NCBI GenBank assembly: GCA_964016885.1
Contig: OZ024745.1
Location: 20,522,001-20,586,000 of the forward strand
Length of the DNA stretch: 64,000 nt
Direction of reading: 5' to 3'
Source of the DNA: Eledone cirrhosa
Taxonomy: Eukaryota
The position numbers were made by a program, and so were the translations under genes. Shown here one piece after another: positions 1 to 14,613 of the stretch (positions within the stretch are counted from its first letter, which is position 1; each line of letters starts with the position of its first letter). The notes beneath the pieces are model-generated. The model did not search any database, was not told where the DNA came from, and saw only the letters and a list, made by a program, of their open reading frames with translations.

Positions 1-1325
1 TATGGTACTGTATAGTATGGTATGGTACTGTATGGTATGGTATGGTGTGGTATGGTATGGTACTGTATGGTATGGTGTGGTATGGTATGGTATGGTACTG
101 TATGGTATCGTATGGTATGGTATTGTATGGTATGGTGTGGTATGGTATGGTGTGGTATGGTGTGGTATGGTATGGTACTGTATGGTACTGTATGGTATGG
201 TATGGTATGGCATGGTATGGTATTGTACTGTATGGTATGGTATGGCACTGTATGGTATGGTATGGTACTGTATGGTATGGCATGGTATGGTATGGTATGG
301 CACTGTATCGTATGGTATGGTACTGTATGGTATGGTATGGTACTGTATGGTATGGCATGGTATGGTATGGTATGGTACTGTATCGTATGGTATGGTACTG
401 TATGGTATGGTATGGTATGGTACTGTATGGTATGGCATGGTATGGTATGGTATGGTACTGTATGGTATGGTATGGTATGGTATGGTACTGTATGGTATGG
501 TATGGTATGGTATGGTACTGTATGGTATGGTATGGTATGGTACTGGGTATGGTATGGTACTGTATGGTATGGTATGGTATGGTATGGTACTGGGTATGGT
601 ATGGTACTGTATGGTATGGTATGGTATGGTATGGTACTGTATGGTATGGTACTGTATGATATGGTACTGTATGGTATGATATGGTACTGTATGGTATGGT
701 ATTGTATGGCATGGTACTGTATGGTATGGTACTGTATGATATGGTACTGTATGGTATGATATGGTACTGTATGGTATGGTACTGTATGTTATGGTACTGT
801 ATGGTATGGTACTGTATGGCATGGTACTGTATGGTATGGTATAGTATGGTATGGTATTGTATGGCATGGTACTGTATGATATGGTACTGTATGATATGGT
901 ACTGTATGGTATGATATGGTACTGTATGGTATGGTATTGTATGGCATGGTAGTGTATGGTATGGTACTGTATGATATGGTACTGTATGGTATGATATGGT
1001 ACTGTATGGTATGGTATTGTATGGCATGGTACTGTATGGTATGGTACTGTATGATATGGTACTGTAAGGTATGATATGGTACTGTATGGTATGGTATTGT
1101 ATGGCATGGTACTGTATGGTATGGTACTGTATGATATGGTACTGTATGGTATGATATGGTACTGTATGGTATGGTACTGTATGTTATGGTACTGTATGGT
1201 ATGGTACTGTATGGCATGGTACTGTATGTTATGGTACTGTATGGTATGGTATTGTATGGCATGGTACTGTATGGTATGGTATAGTATCGTGTCGTATGGT
1301 ACCGTATGGTACTGTATGGTACTGT
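1..1325. repeat. Pentanucleotide satellite (TATGG)n with TACTG/TATGA/CATGG variants
   Basis: Continuous 5-bp periodicity; the MVWYG-type ORFs are read-throughs of it. Confidence 0.97.
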
Positions 1326-1424
1326 TTCTAGAGCATTTTAAACCTGGCTGAGCCCATCTTCTCTCCAGGGGTGAGGCCAGCAGATTTCTTCCAGTGATTA
1401 AGAGGAACGAGAAGAGATATAGAT

Positions 1425-1590
1425 GAAGAATCGACCACAGTACTAGACTGATCATTTTTTATCGACCTCGAATTGATGAAAAGCAAAGTTGACCTCGGCG
1501 TGATTTGAACTCAGAGAGCAGAGAGTTGTAATGAATGCTATAAAGCATTCTATCCGACGTTCTAACGACTCTACCACTTCACCGCCTTGG
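1425..1590 (-). mobile_element. tRNA-derived SINE (octopus OK/OR-like family), diverged
   Basis: Reverse complement contains TCTGAGTTCAAAT (B-box-like) and GAGGTCAACTTTGC..TTCATC..GGTCGATAAA, shared with the copies at 43364 and 43593. Confidence 0.75.
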
Positions 1591-1649
1591 TGCAACAGAG
1601 GTGAAATATTGAATGGTACTCATACAAAATTACGGTTTGTAATTTTGTC

Positions 1650-1832
1650 GCAAAGCCAGAAGTTTGGAGGGAAAAGAAAGTCGATTATATCGACTCCTGT
1701 ACTTGACTAGTATTTCATTTTGTCGACCCCGGAAGTTTAAAAGTAAAGTTAACCTTGGTAGGATTTGAACTCACAGAGCAGATAATTGGAATTAATACTG
1801 AAAAGCATTCTATCCGAGGTTCTAATGACTCT
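1650..1832 (-). mobile_element. tRNA-derived SINE (same family), diverged
   Basis: GGATTTGAACTCA, GTCGACCCC and AGTCGATTATATCGAC motifs as in other copies. Confidence 0.7.
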
Positions 1833-2189
1833 GAAAACTGGAGAAGCTGTTAATGAATGTTTGAAATGTTCTCTCCTTTTCGTTGAAACTTGTTCGCAAT
1901 TACCTTTTGGTTATTCCTTAGTTTTTCCTACGTGGAGCCAATTCCAAGTTATTGGGGAATATTCTGAGCACTTTGTTCAGTATAAAACCCTTTAACTTAC
2001 CTAACTCCATGCCTTCAATCCTTTTGAATTATTTACATAGCTTATATTATTTTTCAATTCTGTAAATTATACTGGCCAACAATTATTTGTAACTCTTTTT
2101 CTATGATAGAAGTAAAATAGATTTTTCCAAACTCAGAGAATAACGAGCCGAAATAAACACAGCAAAGAGTTCTGGCGGAGTTAATAGGT

Positions 2190-2705
2190 CTTATGTCATG
2201 GTAAAGCTGAATGTCATATGGAAAATCAACTCCATTAGTTTTCCAACGAAGCTCAAACCATACAAGTCCTTGGTGACTTCGATCCTTTTGTATGGGTGTG
2301 AGAGTTGGACTCTCACAGCAGACATGGAACAAGGAATCTAATCATTTGAGCACAAGTTATTCAAATATTTGCTACACATCCCAAACATGGAGCACAAAAC
2401 AAGTAGCTTTATTAGGCAGCAAGTTAACAAATATGATGGCAGACAGGAAACGGTCCTTGTGATGGTGAAAAGATGGAAGCTTGTCTGGTATGGTCAACTA
2501 TCCTTCAGGGCACAGTCAAGGGAGGGCGTAGAAAAGGCAGACAAAGAAAATCCTGGTCGGACAACTTCAAAGAGTGGACTAGTCACAACACACAGACCCT
2601 ACTACGCATGACAGAGAATAGAAAGCAATGGCCCCAACTGACAACAAAAGCGTCTAGTGAGGTACCCCAAATACTGACTGCACCTGTTCCGGGAACATGA
2701 TGATG
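2190..2705 (+). mobile_element. RTE-clade LINE 3' fragment (decayed)
   Basis: Translates KLKPYKSLVTSILLYGCESWTL ... ILQGTVKGGRRKGRQRKSWSDNFKEW, typical of the RTE ORF C-terminus; frameshifted; ends in a short (TGA)n. Confidence 0.8.
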
Positions 2706-2759
2706 AATAGATCTTATGACAATATAACTAATGGGTTCTGATTTGTGGACAAGATCAAC

Positions 2760-2915
2760 AATTTTGGAAGGAAGGGAAAGTCGATTAATTCGATTCCAAT
2801 GCATTATTGGTGCTTTATTTCATAGAATGAAAGGCAAAGCTAACCTCAGTGGGATTTGAACTCAGAACATAAAGGGATATAACTCTATGCTGCAAAGCTT
2901 ATTTTCAACCATCTA
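2760..2915 (-). mobile_element. tRNA-derived SINE (same family), diverged
   Basis: TGAAAGGCAAAG..AACCTCAGTGGGATTTGAACTCAGAAC. Confidence 0.7.
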
Positions 2916-3095
2916 CCAATGCCTCATCTTTTATGAAAATATAAGGAACTGTAGAAAATATTGATGAAGGTGACATATAGCCCAGTGTATTTCAAGTAAT
3001 TATATTATTGCCGCTGGAGTAAGGAAAAGAAACGTGGTTTTGACGGGATTTGAACCTAATTATATTTCTGCCTGATGCTTTTAAGTTTCAGCTGC

Positions 3096-3096
<1 letters not shown>

Positions 3097-3149
<53 letters not shown>

Positions 3150-3166
3150 AAGTAGTCGTGGTAGTA

Positions 3167-3215
<49 letters not shown>

Positions 3216-3225
3216 CGTGGTAGTA

Positions 3226-3271
<46 letters not shown>

Positions 3272-3304
3272 CGTGGTAGTAGTAGTAGTGGTAGTAGAGT
3301 AGTA

Positions 3305-3375
<71 letters not shown>

Positions 3376-3520
3376 ATGGCGGTGGTGGTGGTGGTACTAC
3401 TAATGGTAGTGGTAGTGGCGACTGCTGCTGTTGTTATTGAAGAAGAAGAAGAAAAAGACAAAAAGAAGAAGAAGAAGAAGAAGAAGAAGAAGAAGAAGAA
3501 GAAGAAGAAGAAGAAGAAGA
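3097..3520. repeat. Compound microsatellite (TAG)n / (GAA)n
   Basis: Direct inspection. Confidence 0.95.
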
Positions 3521-3587
3521 CAAGAGTTTGAGAAGAAACTAAAGACGAATGAGTAAAATAAAAGCGATAAAATTGGAAATAAAATTG

Positions 3588-3662
<75 letters not shown>

Positions 3663-4139
3663 AAGTTAAAAAAATAGGAAATACAATAATAAAAAAGCTA
3701 GGTTCATTAAAGAAGTGACGGCTTTTATGTATGATAACACATCTAAAGAGCTAACTGTTATGAGGCATGCTTAGCAGTGGGGATGGTGGCGGCGGTGGGT
3801 GGTGAGGAGATTGAAAGGAGAGGACTTTACTTTATATACACATCTAAAAAGATGGTCGCCTGGAGACAGATCTTAAGTAAGTCGATAATTGGTTAGATCT
3901 TTGAGAATAATTAGTATTAAAAGTGCTGCCTTTATTATAATGTGTTTAAAAGTTGTGGAAGGCATTTAATTAAACACTTGAATAAGTAAAGAATTTTTTT
4001 TTTCGGGGAAGTGGTGGAGGTGGGGGTGGTGGGGGTGGGTTGGTATATTGTAGACTTGGATATAGACAGGATGAAGAGTAAGATAAACATAGACAATGAC
4101 TCGGATTTACATATAGACGGGTGGACTGGAAAGTAGACA

Positions 4140-5100
<961 letters not shown>

Positions 5101-5414
5101 CGCGCGTGTCTTTCTATGTGCATGTGCATAAACATGTATATAGACATATATTTATAGACACACACACACACACACACATCTATATACACACTTATGTATA
5201 CATATATACATACAGAGATGGAGAGAGGGAGAGGGGAAGACATAGACAGATATATATAGAGAGGGGGAGAGAGATTGGTTGCCAGATATTGGAATGGAGC
5301 ACTAGATGGATATATAGTTCGAATTATAGATCGATACCGAGGCAGCGGATAGTGACAATTTTAGAGCAAGATACGTATTGAGACAGACAGATAGACAGAT
5401 AGATAGATAAATAA

Positions 5415-5457
<43 letters not shown>

Positions 5458-5458
5458 T

Positions 5459-5896
5459 ATTTCTTTTATTTGCCACTAGGGCATCAAAAGTGGGACAAGT
5501 ACAAAGGGGGGAGTTTACACAAAAAGGCGTCCTCAATAAGGAGGAGGCAATAACAAAATATAAAAATAAAATAAGATATAACAAAAAATAAAATTTTTAA
5601 CAAAATCCTCAATAGAGAGGAGGCGCCTTGGGGGGTCGCACACACCCCCGAAAAAAGTGTGCAACCCTTCTCCTCAGGAGCACAGAGAAGGGGTGCTCCC
5701 TTGGTCTTTCATCTTCCTCACTTAAAGTCTGATGTAGAGTGAAGGCCCATTCACACGGGCCATTCTCGCCACTTTCACCCATCTTTCATAGAAACGGCTG
5801 GGGTGCAGCACCTCTCTCTCCATCCTGATCCTTCTTCCGAAATGATATCGGAAGAAACGGACCAGTTGTTGGCCAGAGAGAAAGGTGCCCGACCTC

Positions 5897-5897
<1 letters not shown>
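5459..5897 (-). mobile_element. Tx1/L1-like LINE 3' end, flanked by (GATA)n
   Basis: ORF end LSGQQLVRFFRYHFGRRIRMEREVL..FYERWV; 3' UTR ends AATAAAAGAAAT directly into (ATCT)n; paralogous to 6880-7490. Confidence 0.75.
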
Positions 5898-5952
<55 letters not shown>

Positions 5953-5964
5953 GGATGACACACA

Positions 5965-6790
5965 TAGATCCGGCATAGCTAGATATAGTTCGTATGGAAG
6001 ACCATCGAGACCCGGGGATTTGCGTTTGCCGCATTGGCTCAGCACGTCCTCTATCTCAGAGGCTGAAATCGGCTCCTCGCAGGACTTCGCCTCCCTGTCC
6101 GAGAGACGCAGCAGGCCGTCGAGGTATGGACCGAAGTCCACTTCCCCAACCGGCTCCCCGCCCCTTCCGAACAATCTGGCAAAGTGCTTTTGAAAAGCCT
6201 CGCACATCTGCTTAGGTTCAAGGATCACCCGTCCATCCTGGTCTCGCAAAGACCGGATAGTGGATCTACTCCCTCTTTTGGCTTCTGTCACGCGGGCCCA
6301 GCTAACAGCTTTGGTCCCCTCGTTTCCCAGAGCACGTATTTTGCTTCGGACGATGCAGCCTTCGTGTTTCGCGTCGAAGAACTGGCCCAGGGCCGTTCTC
6401 GACGCTAGCACTCTGGCCACGTCGCCGCTTCTAATTGCCTCTTCTACACTATCTACCAACTCCCTTTCCTTCCTATTTCTATTTGAGGCTAACTCTTACT
6501 AAATTCTATAGAGACTACTCTAATCTCTCTTTTGAGAGATCCCCACCACCTGCTGTTGACGATGGCGCCCGTCAGCCGCTCCTTAACTAAAGTGCTAATC
6601 CGGTCCCTGTAAGCCTTACTTGCCGGTAAGGACAAGTTGAGCTTCCAGTAACCGGGTCCCTGTCTATGCGTTCTGTCAAGGTTGACCAAGCAGGTCACTA
6701 ACTTGTGGTCTGAATAGCCAACCATGCGCATTTTTGGACAACTTAAAAGTCCTTATCCTTAATTCTAACTAAGAACCTATCTAGGTAAGC
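5965..6790 (-). pseudogene. Tx1/L1-like LINE ORF2 internal fragment (APE endonuclease C-terminus to RT N-terminus)
   Basis: SYLDRFL, SDHKLV, GPGYWKLNLSL, then KSPGLDGLPYELY; broken reading frame; bounded by (GATA)n on both sides. Confidence 0.85.
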
Positions 6791-6879
6791 TAGATAGATA
6801 GATAGATAGAGTTAGATATAGATAGATAGATAGATGACAGACAGATAGATAGATAGATAGATAGGGAGATAGATAGATA

Positions 6880-7490
6880 AATTTCTTTATTAGCCACAAG
6901 GGCACAAAAGAAGGGGACAAATACAAATGGGGAGTTTACATACAGGTATATGAAAATAAAACTATTAATAAAATAACAAATAACAATTGAAATCCCCAAT
7001 AGGGGGGAGGCGTTACACAGGGGTTGTACACACCCCGAAAAAATGTACAACCCTCATCTCCAGGAGCACCAAGAGTGAGTACTCCCTTCCTCTCTTCCTC
7101 TTTTTCCTCAACCTACAGGCTTATATAGAGAGAAAGTCCAACCACTCGGGCCATCTTTGCTACATTCACCCACCTTTTATAAAACTTGCTGGGGTACAGC
7201 ACCTCTCTCTCCACCCTGATTCTTCTTCCAAAATGATATTTGAAAAAACGAATCAGTTGCTCGCCGGAGAGAAAGGTGTCTGACCTCAGCCCTTTTAACC
7301 TCGTCCTCCATAGCCATAACACATAGGAAAACTGCCTCTCCCTCGTTTTTGAAGGAGGGTGGCGGTTTGCTCATGACAATGGACTCGGTGGTCAACTGGA
7401 TTGGTCCCACCCGCGACAATAGTCGTTCTACATAGCTCCACAGGTCGGTAACGCCCGGGCAGTGTACAAATGCGTGCGCGACAGTTTCCG
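6880..7490 (-). mobile_element. Tx1/L1-like LINE 3' end, flanked by (GATA)n
   Basis: ETVAHAFVHCPG zinc-knuckle remnant and LIRFFKYHFGRRIRVEREVL; AATAAAGAAAT followed by (ATCT)n. Confidence 0.78.
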
Positions 7491-7635
7491 ATAGATAGGT
7501 AGATAGATAGGTAGATCGATAGATATTTCTTTATTCGATAGATAGATAAATAGATAGATAAATAGGTAGCTAGATAGATTGATTGATAGAGAGAAAGAGA
7601 GAAAGAGAGAAAGAGAGAAAGATTTATAAATAGAA

Positions 7636-7684
<49 letters not shown>

Positions 7685-7695
7685 TGGATGTATAT

Positions 7696-7865
7696 AGTTA
7701 CGGCACTTTACGTTCTGAGTTCAAATCCCGCCGTGGTTAACTTTGCCCTTCATCCTACGGGGTCGATAAAATAAAATACCAGTAACAGCCTGGGCTCGAT
7801 TTAATCGACTTGCCCCTCTCTTTAAAATTGTTGGCCCTGTACCTAAATCAGATGCAATTATTATT
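7696..7865 (+). mobile_element. tRNA-derived SINE (same family), 5'-truncated
   Basis: TTCTGAGTTCAAATCCCGCC..AACTTTGCCCTTCATCCTACGGGGTCGATAAAATAAA. Confidence 0.8.
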
Positions 7866-8395
7866 ATTAAGGTTTTTCTAGTTTTTTATGTAGAAACACT
7901 CTCGTTTTTGTATTGTTGTCACATGATTATAAGCGGTAACTATACTACGGTGGCACCAATACGACCAGTTCATTTGTTTTCTAATCTTCCATACTTTACA
8001 TCCAATAAGTATCATTGGTTTATTATGTTCGTAATATTCGTTGACGTTGTTAGAGAAAAACTAATAATATTTCAGATAGTTCTCATATTTTCGATAATCA
8101 TTTTAGATTGACTTCTAATTTTTATCTCTGTTTTTCCTGTTCCATGTGATGTAATTATTACCCTAAGGTATCAGCTTTTCTAGACCTGCTACAAGCTATT
8201 ATCGTTCATTTTCAGTTCTTATTGTCATAGTGTATGCGCATGCGTGTGTTATTGCTTTTTGTGAGATAGCTATTGCTACTGACTTCTTACTGTTTCTATA
8301 ATCTTGGATTATGACAATCGAAAACTTGGAAAGAATGGGGAACAATATCAAAGTGTACTTACTGATACTGAGTAACCTTCCCTTTGGTAACAGAA

Positions 8396-8765
8396 TACTG
8401 GGGTGGGCTGAAAAGTTCATAGGTTAACTATAAAGGAGTAATGCTAGAGCTGTGAAATCTTGTATGCATTAATTTCATCTCTTTTTATTAATGACTGCAT
8501 TGTTTCTTAACCCAAGGTTTATGTTGAATAATAAACCTCATTTGGTCATTCCATGAGAGTATCTTGGTCAGCCTATGAACTTTTTAGTCTATGAAGGAGT
8601 GATGCTAGAACTGTGAAATCTTACATGCATTAATTTCATCTACTTGTATTAATAACTGCATTGATTCTTTGTAAGGATTATGTGGAAAAATATACCTGAT
8701 TTGGTTATTCCATGAGAGTATCTTGGTCAGCCTTTGAAATTTTCAGTCTATGAACTTTTCAGCAG
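8396..8765. mobile_element. mariner-type MITE, diverged, internally duplicated
   Basis: Ends GCTGAAAAGTTCATAG / CTATGAACTTTTCAGC; inverted homologue of 9549-9899. Confidence 0.7.
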
Positions 8766-9548
8766 GAAATCTCAGAAAAGAAGTTAGACGCATTATACAA
8801 AGACCTACAGTTGTCTATAAGCTCCTTCAGATCACATGAATTGCAAGATATGTTGTAATATTTTAAACAAGGTTTATGAAGACCTAAATTCTCTATAGGC
8901 TTCTGTAGACTCCAGAAATCACAGAATAGTATCCCAATAGTAAGATGTGTTATCGCAATATTCTAAGCAAGATATACTAAAATATCGTATAGGAGTTTGG
9001 AAGAAACAAGGTAAATAAAAGATCAAAGAAGAAAGACTTTTAGAATAAGAAATTGTCAGAATGGCAATATAAATATCTTATCTTTGGTAATGGTGAAGAT
9101 TGTAGACCTTGACAGTAGTGACAATTGTGGACCTGAAACAGCGTTAAAAATCAAGTTGATTTCCTTCTGATCAACAACAGATATGTATTAATGAAGGGCA
9201 AGACAATTTATTTGGAGGGGGTAGGAATGTAGTATAGAACAAATCTCAACATTTATCATTCATCAATCGTGAAGGAAAAATACTGTCAAGTTGAAGAAAC
9301 TAAAAACAACCGCAAGAAATCTAAAATTCATAAGTGACATTGAAATTGATCACTCTGTCATTGGATAAGAGGAATATATGTTTCTATCACCTGGACCTAA
9401 ATATTTTGGTTTCGACCTTCGAAAAATATGTGCCTGGGTTTTATTGATTTCTACGAAGGCCGTTGATAGCGTGAATCACGAGAGGAATCATGTGACGACT
9501 CGTGTTGGATAATGTCAGAATAGAACTTAGGATTATAGGGAATATATA

Positions 9549-9899
9549 CGAGGATCAACTGAAAGGTTCATAGGCTGAGACGTTCATGACCAAATGAGGT
9601 TTCTTTTTCAACATAGACCCTTGAAAGAAAAAAATGCAATTATTATTAATAAGAAGAGCTGAAACCAACGAGGGCAAGATTTCACAGCTCTAGCATCACT
9701 ACTTCATCGACTGAAAAGTTCAAAAGCTGACCAAGATTCTTTCATAGAATGACCAAATGAGATATATATTTTCAATATTGTCCCTGGAAAGAAACAATGC
9801 AGTTATTAATAAGAAGAGTTGAAATTAATGCATGCAAGATTTCACAGCTCTAGCACCACTCCTTCATAGTCAGCCTATGAACTTTTCAGCCGTCCCTCG
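9549..9899. mobile_element. mariner-type MITE with TA target duplication
   Basis: TA|CGAGGATCAACTGAAAGGTTCATAGGCTGA ... TCAGCCTATGAACTTTTCAGCCGTCCCTCG|TA terminal inverted repeats. Confidence 0.82.
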
Positions 9900-10194
9900 T
9901 ATGAAAACAAACAAGAAAAGAAATACGTAATTTTCAGATAATTTATTTCTCGCCATTACAGTAATTTAAGGCATGCCTGAATTAAAGATGATAGAAATTA
10001 CTTCAACAATATCGATTACCTGATTGATATAGTTCCGATATAGGAACATGAGTAAGATTTATAATTTTTATTGAACACTGATAGGAAGGATAATTTTTTC
10101 TAAATAGTAATATATAACCAAGAATACACCCCCACATATATATATATATGTATGTGTGTGTATATGTATGTATTGTTGGTTCATACATAGATAC

Positions 10195-10229
<35 letters not shown>

Positions 10230-11199
10230 GATACATTCAGGTATACATACATGCGCACATACTCTTTCTTCTTCTTCTTCTTCTTCTTCTTCTTCTTCTT
10301 CTTCTTCTTCTTCTTCTTCTTCTTCTTCTTCTCGCATCTCATACAATCTGTCCAACGATTCTTTCCTGAGACATTCTTACATGTCGGTAATATCAGAGTA
10401 GTGATCTCTCAATTCGGAGAAGTAGCGGTTCTATCTGGAGTGACTCTCTCATCTTCGACGTACGTACTATATCGAATAACGTTATTCCAAAGACCCTTGT
10501 TCGGAGGAACCCCAATTCGACTGCTTGTATTCGCGAGAAAATCTCCATCAATGAAGATTGTTTTGCCGTGAAACAATCACCACCGAAGAAATGAATTCAG
10601 TTTGTATTTCTCAACTGCACCATTCCCCTCTGCATTTATTTCGTAACCTTTCTACCGCTAAACTCTTCTTTAAAAGATGACATTTTTCATTCATTTCAAA
10701 ACTTTCTTCTGCCAATAATTTACATGTTTATTTATATATGTGCACATACGCACATAGAGACACACATATGCGTAAATATGAATGTATGCATGTATGTGCG
10801 TGTATATATGTGAGTGTATGTATGCATATATATGTATGTGTGTATGCATATATGTATGTATGCATGTATGTATGTTTCTATGTATGTGTATACTTATTGG
10901 CTCATTCTAAATTTCTATTGAAAAACAGGGAAAAAGAATTATACAAGTCATTTGAATTTTTTCCTGATACAGGATATATTCAATTACAAAATATATATTA
11001 CGACAGAATCTATATCTGCTATAATATATTTAACATATTTTAAAATATACACTAATATTAAAACTTAATGTAAAAAGTATGTATTAATATATTTTTTTTA
11101 AAAATATTATGATATATCATTAGAGATCAAAAAATCCAGAGTGGCGAAGTGAAAGGAAAAGCTGTATAGGAAGAGGATTTTGGTATAAATATATATATG

Positions 11200-11636
11200 T
11201 AGAAGTTGTATTTAATTTGTTGGGATTCCAACAAACTTAAAAGTTTATAAATGATATAGAGCACTCAACAGTTTACTGGAGTAAATATTCAATATATTAA
11301 TAAATGGAAAGTATATTTATATAAGCATAATTATTTTATTATATATATTTCTAGGGCGACCAAGGCCATTTTGGTGCGCTTTCATCAGATAAAATACAAA
11401 ATTTGTTTTATAAATAGTGACATAACCATGGAAAACAACCTTGACGGTTGAAAATTCACTAGCTAGAGAATTTTCAACCGTCAAGGTTGTTTTCCATGGT
11501 TATGTCACTATTTATAAAACAAATTTTGTATTTTATCTGATGAAAGCGCACCAAAATGGCCTTGGTCGCCCTAGAAATATATATAATATAATAATTATGG
11601 TTTTATAAATTTAGTTTCCATTTATTAATATATTGT
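11200..11636 (-). mobile_element. PLE fold-back remnant (inverted pLTR pair plus one-sided tail) in (TA)n
   Basis: Arms about 11290-11457 and 11468-11636 are reverse complements; unpaired tail about 11200-11289; hammerhead motif in each arm. Confidence 0.8.
11332..11396 (-). ncRNA. Type I hammerhead ribozyme-like motif (mirror copy about 11529-11593, +)
   Basis: tattttat-CTGATGA-[stem II imperfect at base]-GAAA-tatata-TA-ataaaata; 8-bp stem I, palindromic stem III. Confidence 0.6.
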
Positions 11637-11692
11637 ATATATATATATATACATGTGTGTATGTATGCATATATATATATATATATATATAT

Positions 11693-12219
11693 ATAGTTTT
11701 AATATAGATGAGATTCTACAGGACTAGAACTGTTTCATTCATTAGAAATCATCAGGAATCTGGGTATCAAAAAATAAATATGGTATTTATAGGTCTCTAC
11801 AAGTGGTAGGAGAGGGTGGGGAGTGGGATGGGTGCAGGTCATTGGTTGATAGAGAAGGGAATTCATTAAAGGCTAATTCTACATAGCTATAGTTAATTTA
11901 TATTTATATTTATTTATGTACTCTAAAAACATAAATAAATATAAATATAAATTAACTATAGCTATGTAGAATTAGCCTTTAATGAATTCCCTTCTCTATC
12001 AACCAATGACCTGCACCCATCCCACTCCCCACCCTCTCCTACCACTTGTAGAGACCTATAAATACCATATTTATTTTTTGATACCCAGATTCCTGATGAT
12101 TTCTAATGAATGAAACAGTTCTAGTCCTGTAGATTCTCATCTATATTAAAACTATTATACTCTGCTATGTATTGAGTACCTTACTTACTGTGGTTACCTC
12201 CGATTCAACCCGGAATAAC

Positions 12220-12220
<1 letters not shown>
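11693..12220 (+). mobile_element. PLE fold-back remnant in (TA)n
   Basis: About 227-bp near-perfect arms (11693-11919 / 11929-12155) with a 9-nt loop; unpaired tail 12156-12220. Confidence 0.85.
11711..11761 (-). ncRNA. Minimal type I hammerhead ribozyme (mirror copy 12087-12137, +, one stem I mismatch)
   Basis: agattc-CTGATGA-t.ttc(taat)gaa.t-GAAA-cag(ttctagtc)ctg-TA-gaatct; GUA cleavage triplet. Confidence 0.8.
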
Positions 12221-12305
<85 letters not shown>

Positions 12306-12829
12306 GATATATGTATACACACACACACACATTTATATATATATATATATATACATATATATATACATATATATATATATATATGGGTATGCATGTGTGT
12401 GTACAATAATAGAAAGAGAAAGGGAATTCAAAATATAGGAAATAAATAGAAAGTGCCGAGTGACAGCAAATAAGCGATGGTTAACCATCTCTCTACGTCA
12501 ACATAGAATTATATAAAGAATCATAATGTACAATGTATGACTTGCAAGTTCTCTCACCAGTATTGATTGGTCTATAAACAGTATTTCGAATGACAAAACC
12601 CGATATTCGCTGCCCATTTCGGCTCCAACATCCCTCCATACTGATGGAAAACCCCCGTTTTTTATCGTCCTCAAATAAATTTCCACACCACATGTCACCT
12701 GGGACCAAAATATGATAATTTGCTGCAGATTCTGTTACTCTCAGCAATCTTTTACTTGAAGGTGGGATGTATTATCATATGTTCCGCATGAGAATTTACC
12801 TTAATATATTAATGTAAAAAGAGATAGTA

Positions 12830-13343
12830 AACGATTGATAAGGTCCAGACCTCATTCGTGTACCGAGCGAGGCTGGAACTCATCAAATTGGACCAAAGAA
12901 ACAACACTTCCATTGGTCTTTTCATTGTTGATACTATCTGCCTGTCGCAACACCTGGAAGGAAGAACAACGTGAAATAAACTGTTGTTCAATGAAATAAC
13001 ATATCACTCGGTCTGGGAATCGAACTCGTAATCTCACGATTAGGAATCGAATTCTCTAAGCACTAAGTCTTCTGCCTTCACTAAGAAAAACGATTGACAA
13101 GATCCCAGACCTCATTCTCTTACTGAGTGGGTTGGAACTCATCGTAACGGACTAAGGAAACAACATTTCAATTGGACTTTCCATTGTTAATACTATCTAC
13201 CAGTCACAATTCCTGGCAGGAAGAGCAACGTGAAATAAAGTGTCTTGCTCAAGAACATAACGCATCACCCGGTCCGGGAATGGAACTCGCAATTTCACGA
13301 TTACAAATCCAATTTTCTAAGTACTAAGCCACGCACCTTCACA
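12830..13343 (-). mobile_element. Two tandem copies of a second tRNA-derived SINE family
   Basis: About 255-bp duplicated units; reverse complement has GTTCGATTCC (B box) and a TTGAGCAAGACACTTTATTTCACGTTGCTC central domain; another copy at 27630-27835. Confidence 0.75.
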
Positions 13344-13756
13344 ATATCTTAATGTATGGTTCCTTAAAACTGAAGAAAACCATTCTGACGCTGGTAGATA
13401 TGAACTTATGGCTCTAACTACAAATATTTAGGTTACGGCAACAGAAAAGTATTACAAATTACCATTTCACTTCCTATATAGATTTCTGTCATTTGCTATA
13501 CAAGTTTCTACTTTTCAACCTTATTAAGCTCTCGTCAGTGTTCGTTAAACTCTGGTAAATCAGATAATGAAAAACAAAACAAAATAAACAAACAACCAAC
13601 TAAAACAAATAAAGGAAGAACACAAGCTGTATATGGAAATATTCCTTACATAACTCTCAAGAATCACAATACATTACATAATACATATGTATGACCGGCA
13701 TACATACATACATACATACATACATACATACATACATACATACATACATACATACA

Positions 13757-14613
13757 TGGTGGCTGCCAACTCGTTTTCGAGTACGGCCACTACTTTATAT
13801 CCATGTAGGGGAATCCCTACCGATGCGCTGAACGAGTGTGACTTTTTAGTCCAGCCAGCGACTTGAAAACTCTGGTACAAACACTACACTTGTGACAATT
13901 ATTGACACCTAGTGCTGGGCCCATGGTACCATGTGACCCAAGGTGTCATGTGAGATCACTACTCGACCTGCATACCCTTCCACAAACATCACATGTCGTC
14001 GTCTGATGAACACTTATAGCTCCACAGGCGCCTGCTTCCCTGTTCTTGTGCACTCTCAGGTGACTCTTTAGACCTGCTATGCTCAGACAAACCCTATTAC
14101 AGGTCTCACATGTCAGGTCAGGCCGTCTGTCAGTGCCTTCGGGAAGGCCAACATGGATTCCTTTCCGAACATCTCTTTTTAGTGTCGCGTACCTTCTTGT
14201 TTCCTCAAATAGACTCTTGCCACTAGCCACTGCTTTCCTTCAATGCGATCGGTCGCTAGCGCATACTTCCCATTGCTCACAAGGGATGTTACTTTTCTTG
14301 AGCGCCCCTTGATGCAGTCCTTAAAACACATCTTGTGTTTGCTCGCGTTCCTTTTTCCCATTTGGAGCTCGCCATAAAGCAGCTGCTTCGGCATTCGCTT
14401 GTCATTCATCCTCACAAGATGGCCTGTCCAGCGCAGCTGATGTTTCAAAATCAAGGACTCGACACTATCACAGCTACTTCTGTCCAGAACCTCGACGTCA
14501 CTGACAAACATTTGCCAAGTTATGCCGAGGATCCGACGTAAGCAGTACTGGTGGAACCTCTCAAGTCGCTTCATCTGTCTACGGTGGACCACCCACGTCT
14601 CACAAGCATAACG
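13757..14613 (-). mobile_element. RTE-clade LINE 3' part with C2H2-like finger, flanked by (CATA)n
   Basis: YACETW..RLERFHQYCLRRILGITWQ..QLRWTGHLVRM..PKQLLYGEL; CETCNRVCLSIAGLKSHLRVH; 3' end runs into (TATG)n. Confidence 0.88.

Noticed and set aside
1-1325. Telomeric repeat
   Set aside because: The unit is TATGG with variants, not TTAGGG, and the array is degenerate
10330-12770. Unique-looking segments (10330-10680, 12500-12770) as host exons or transposase remnants
   Set aside because: No recognisable motif or convincing splice-bounded reading frame by eye; a translated search is needed
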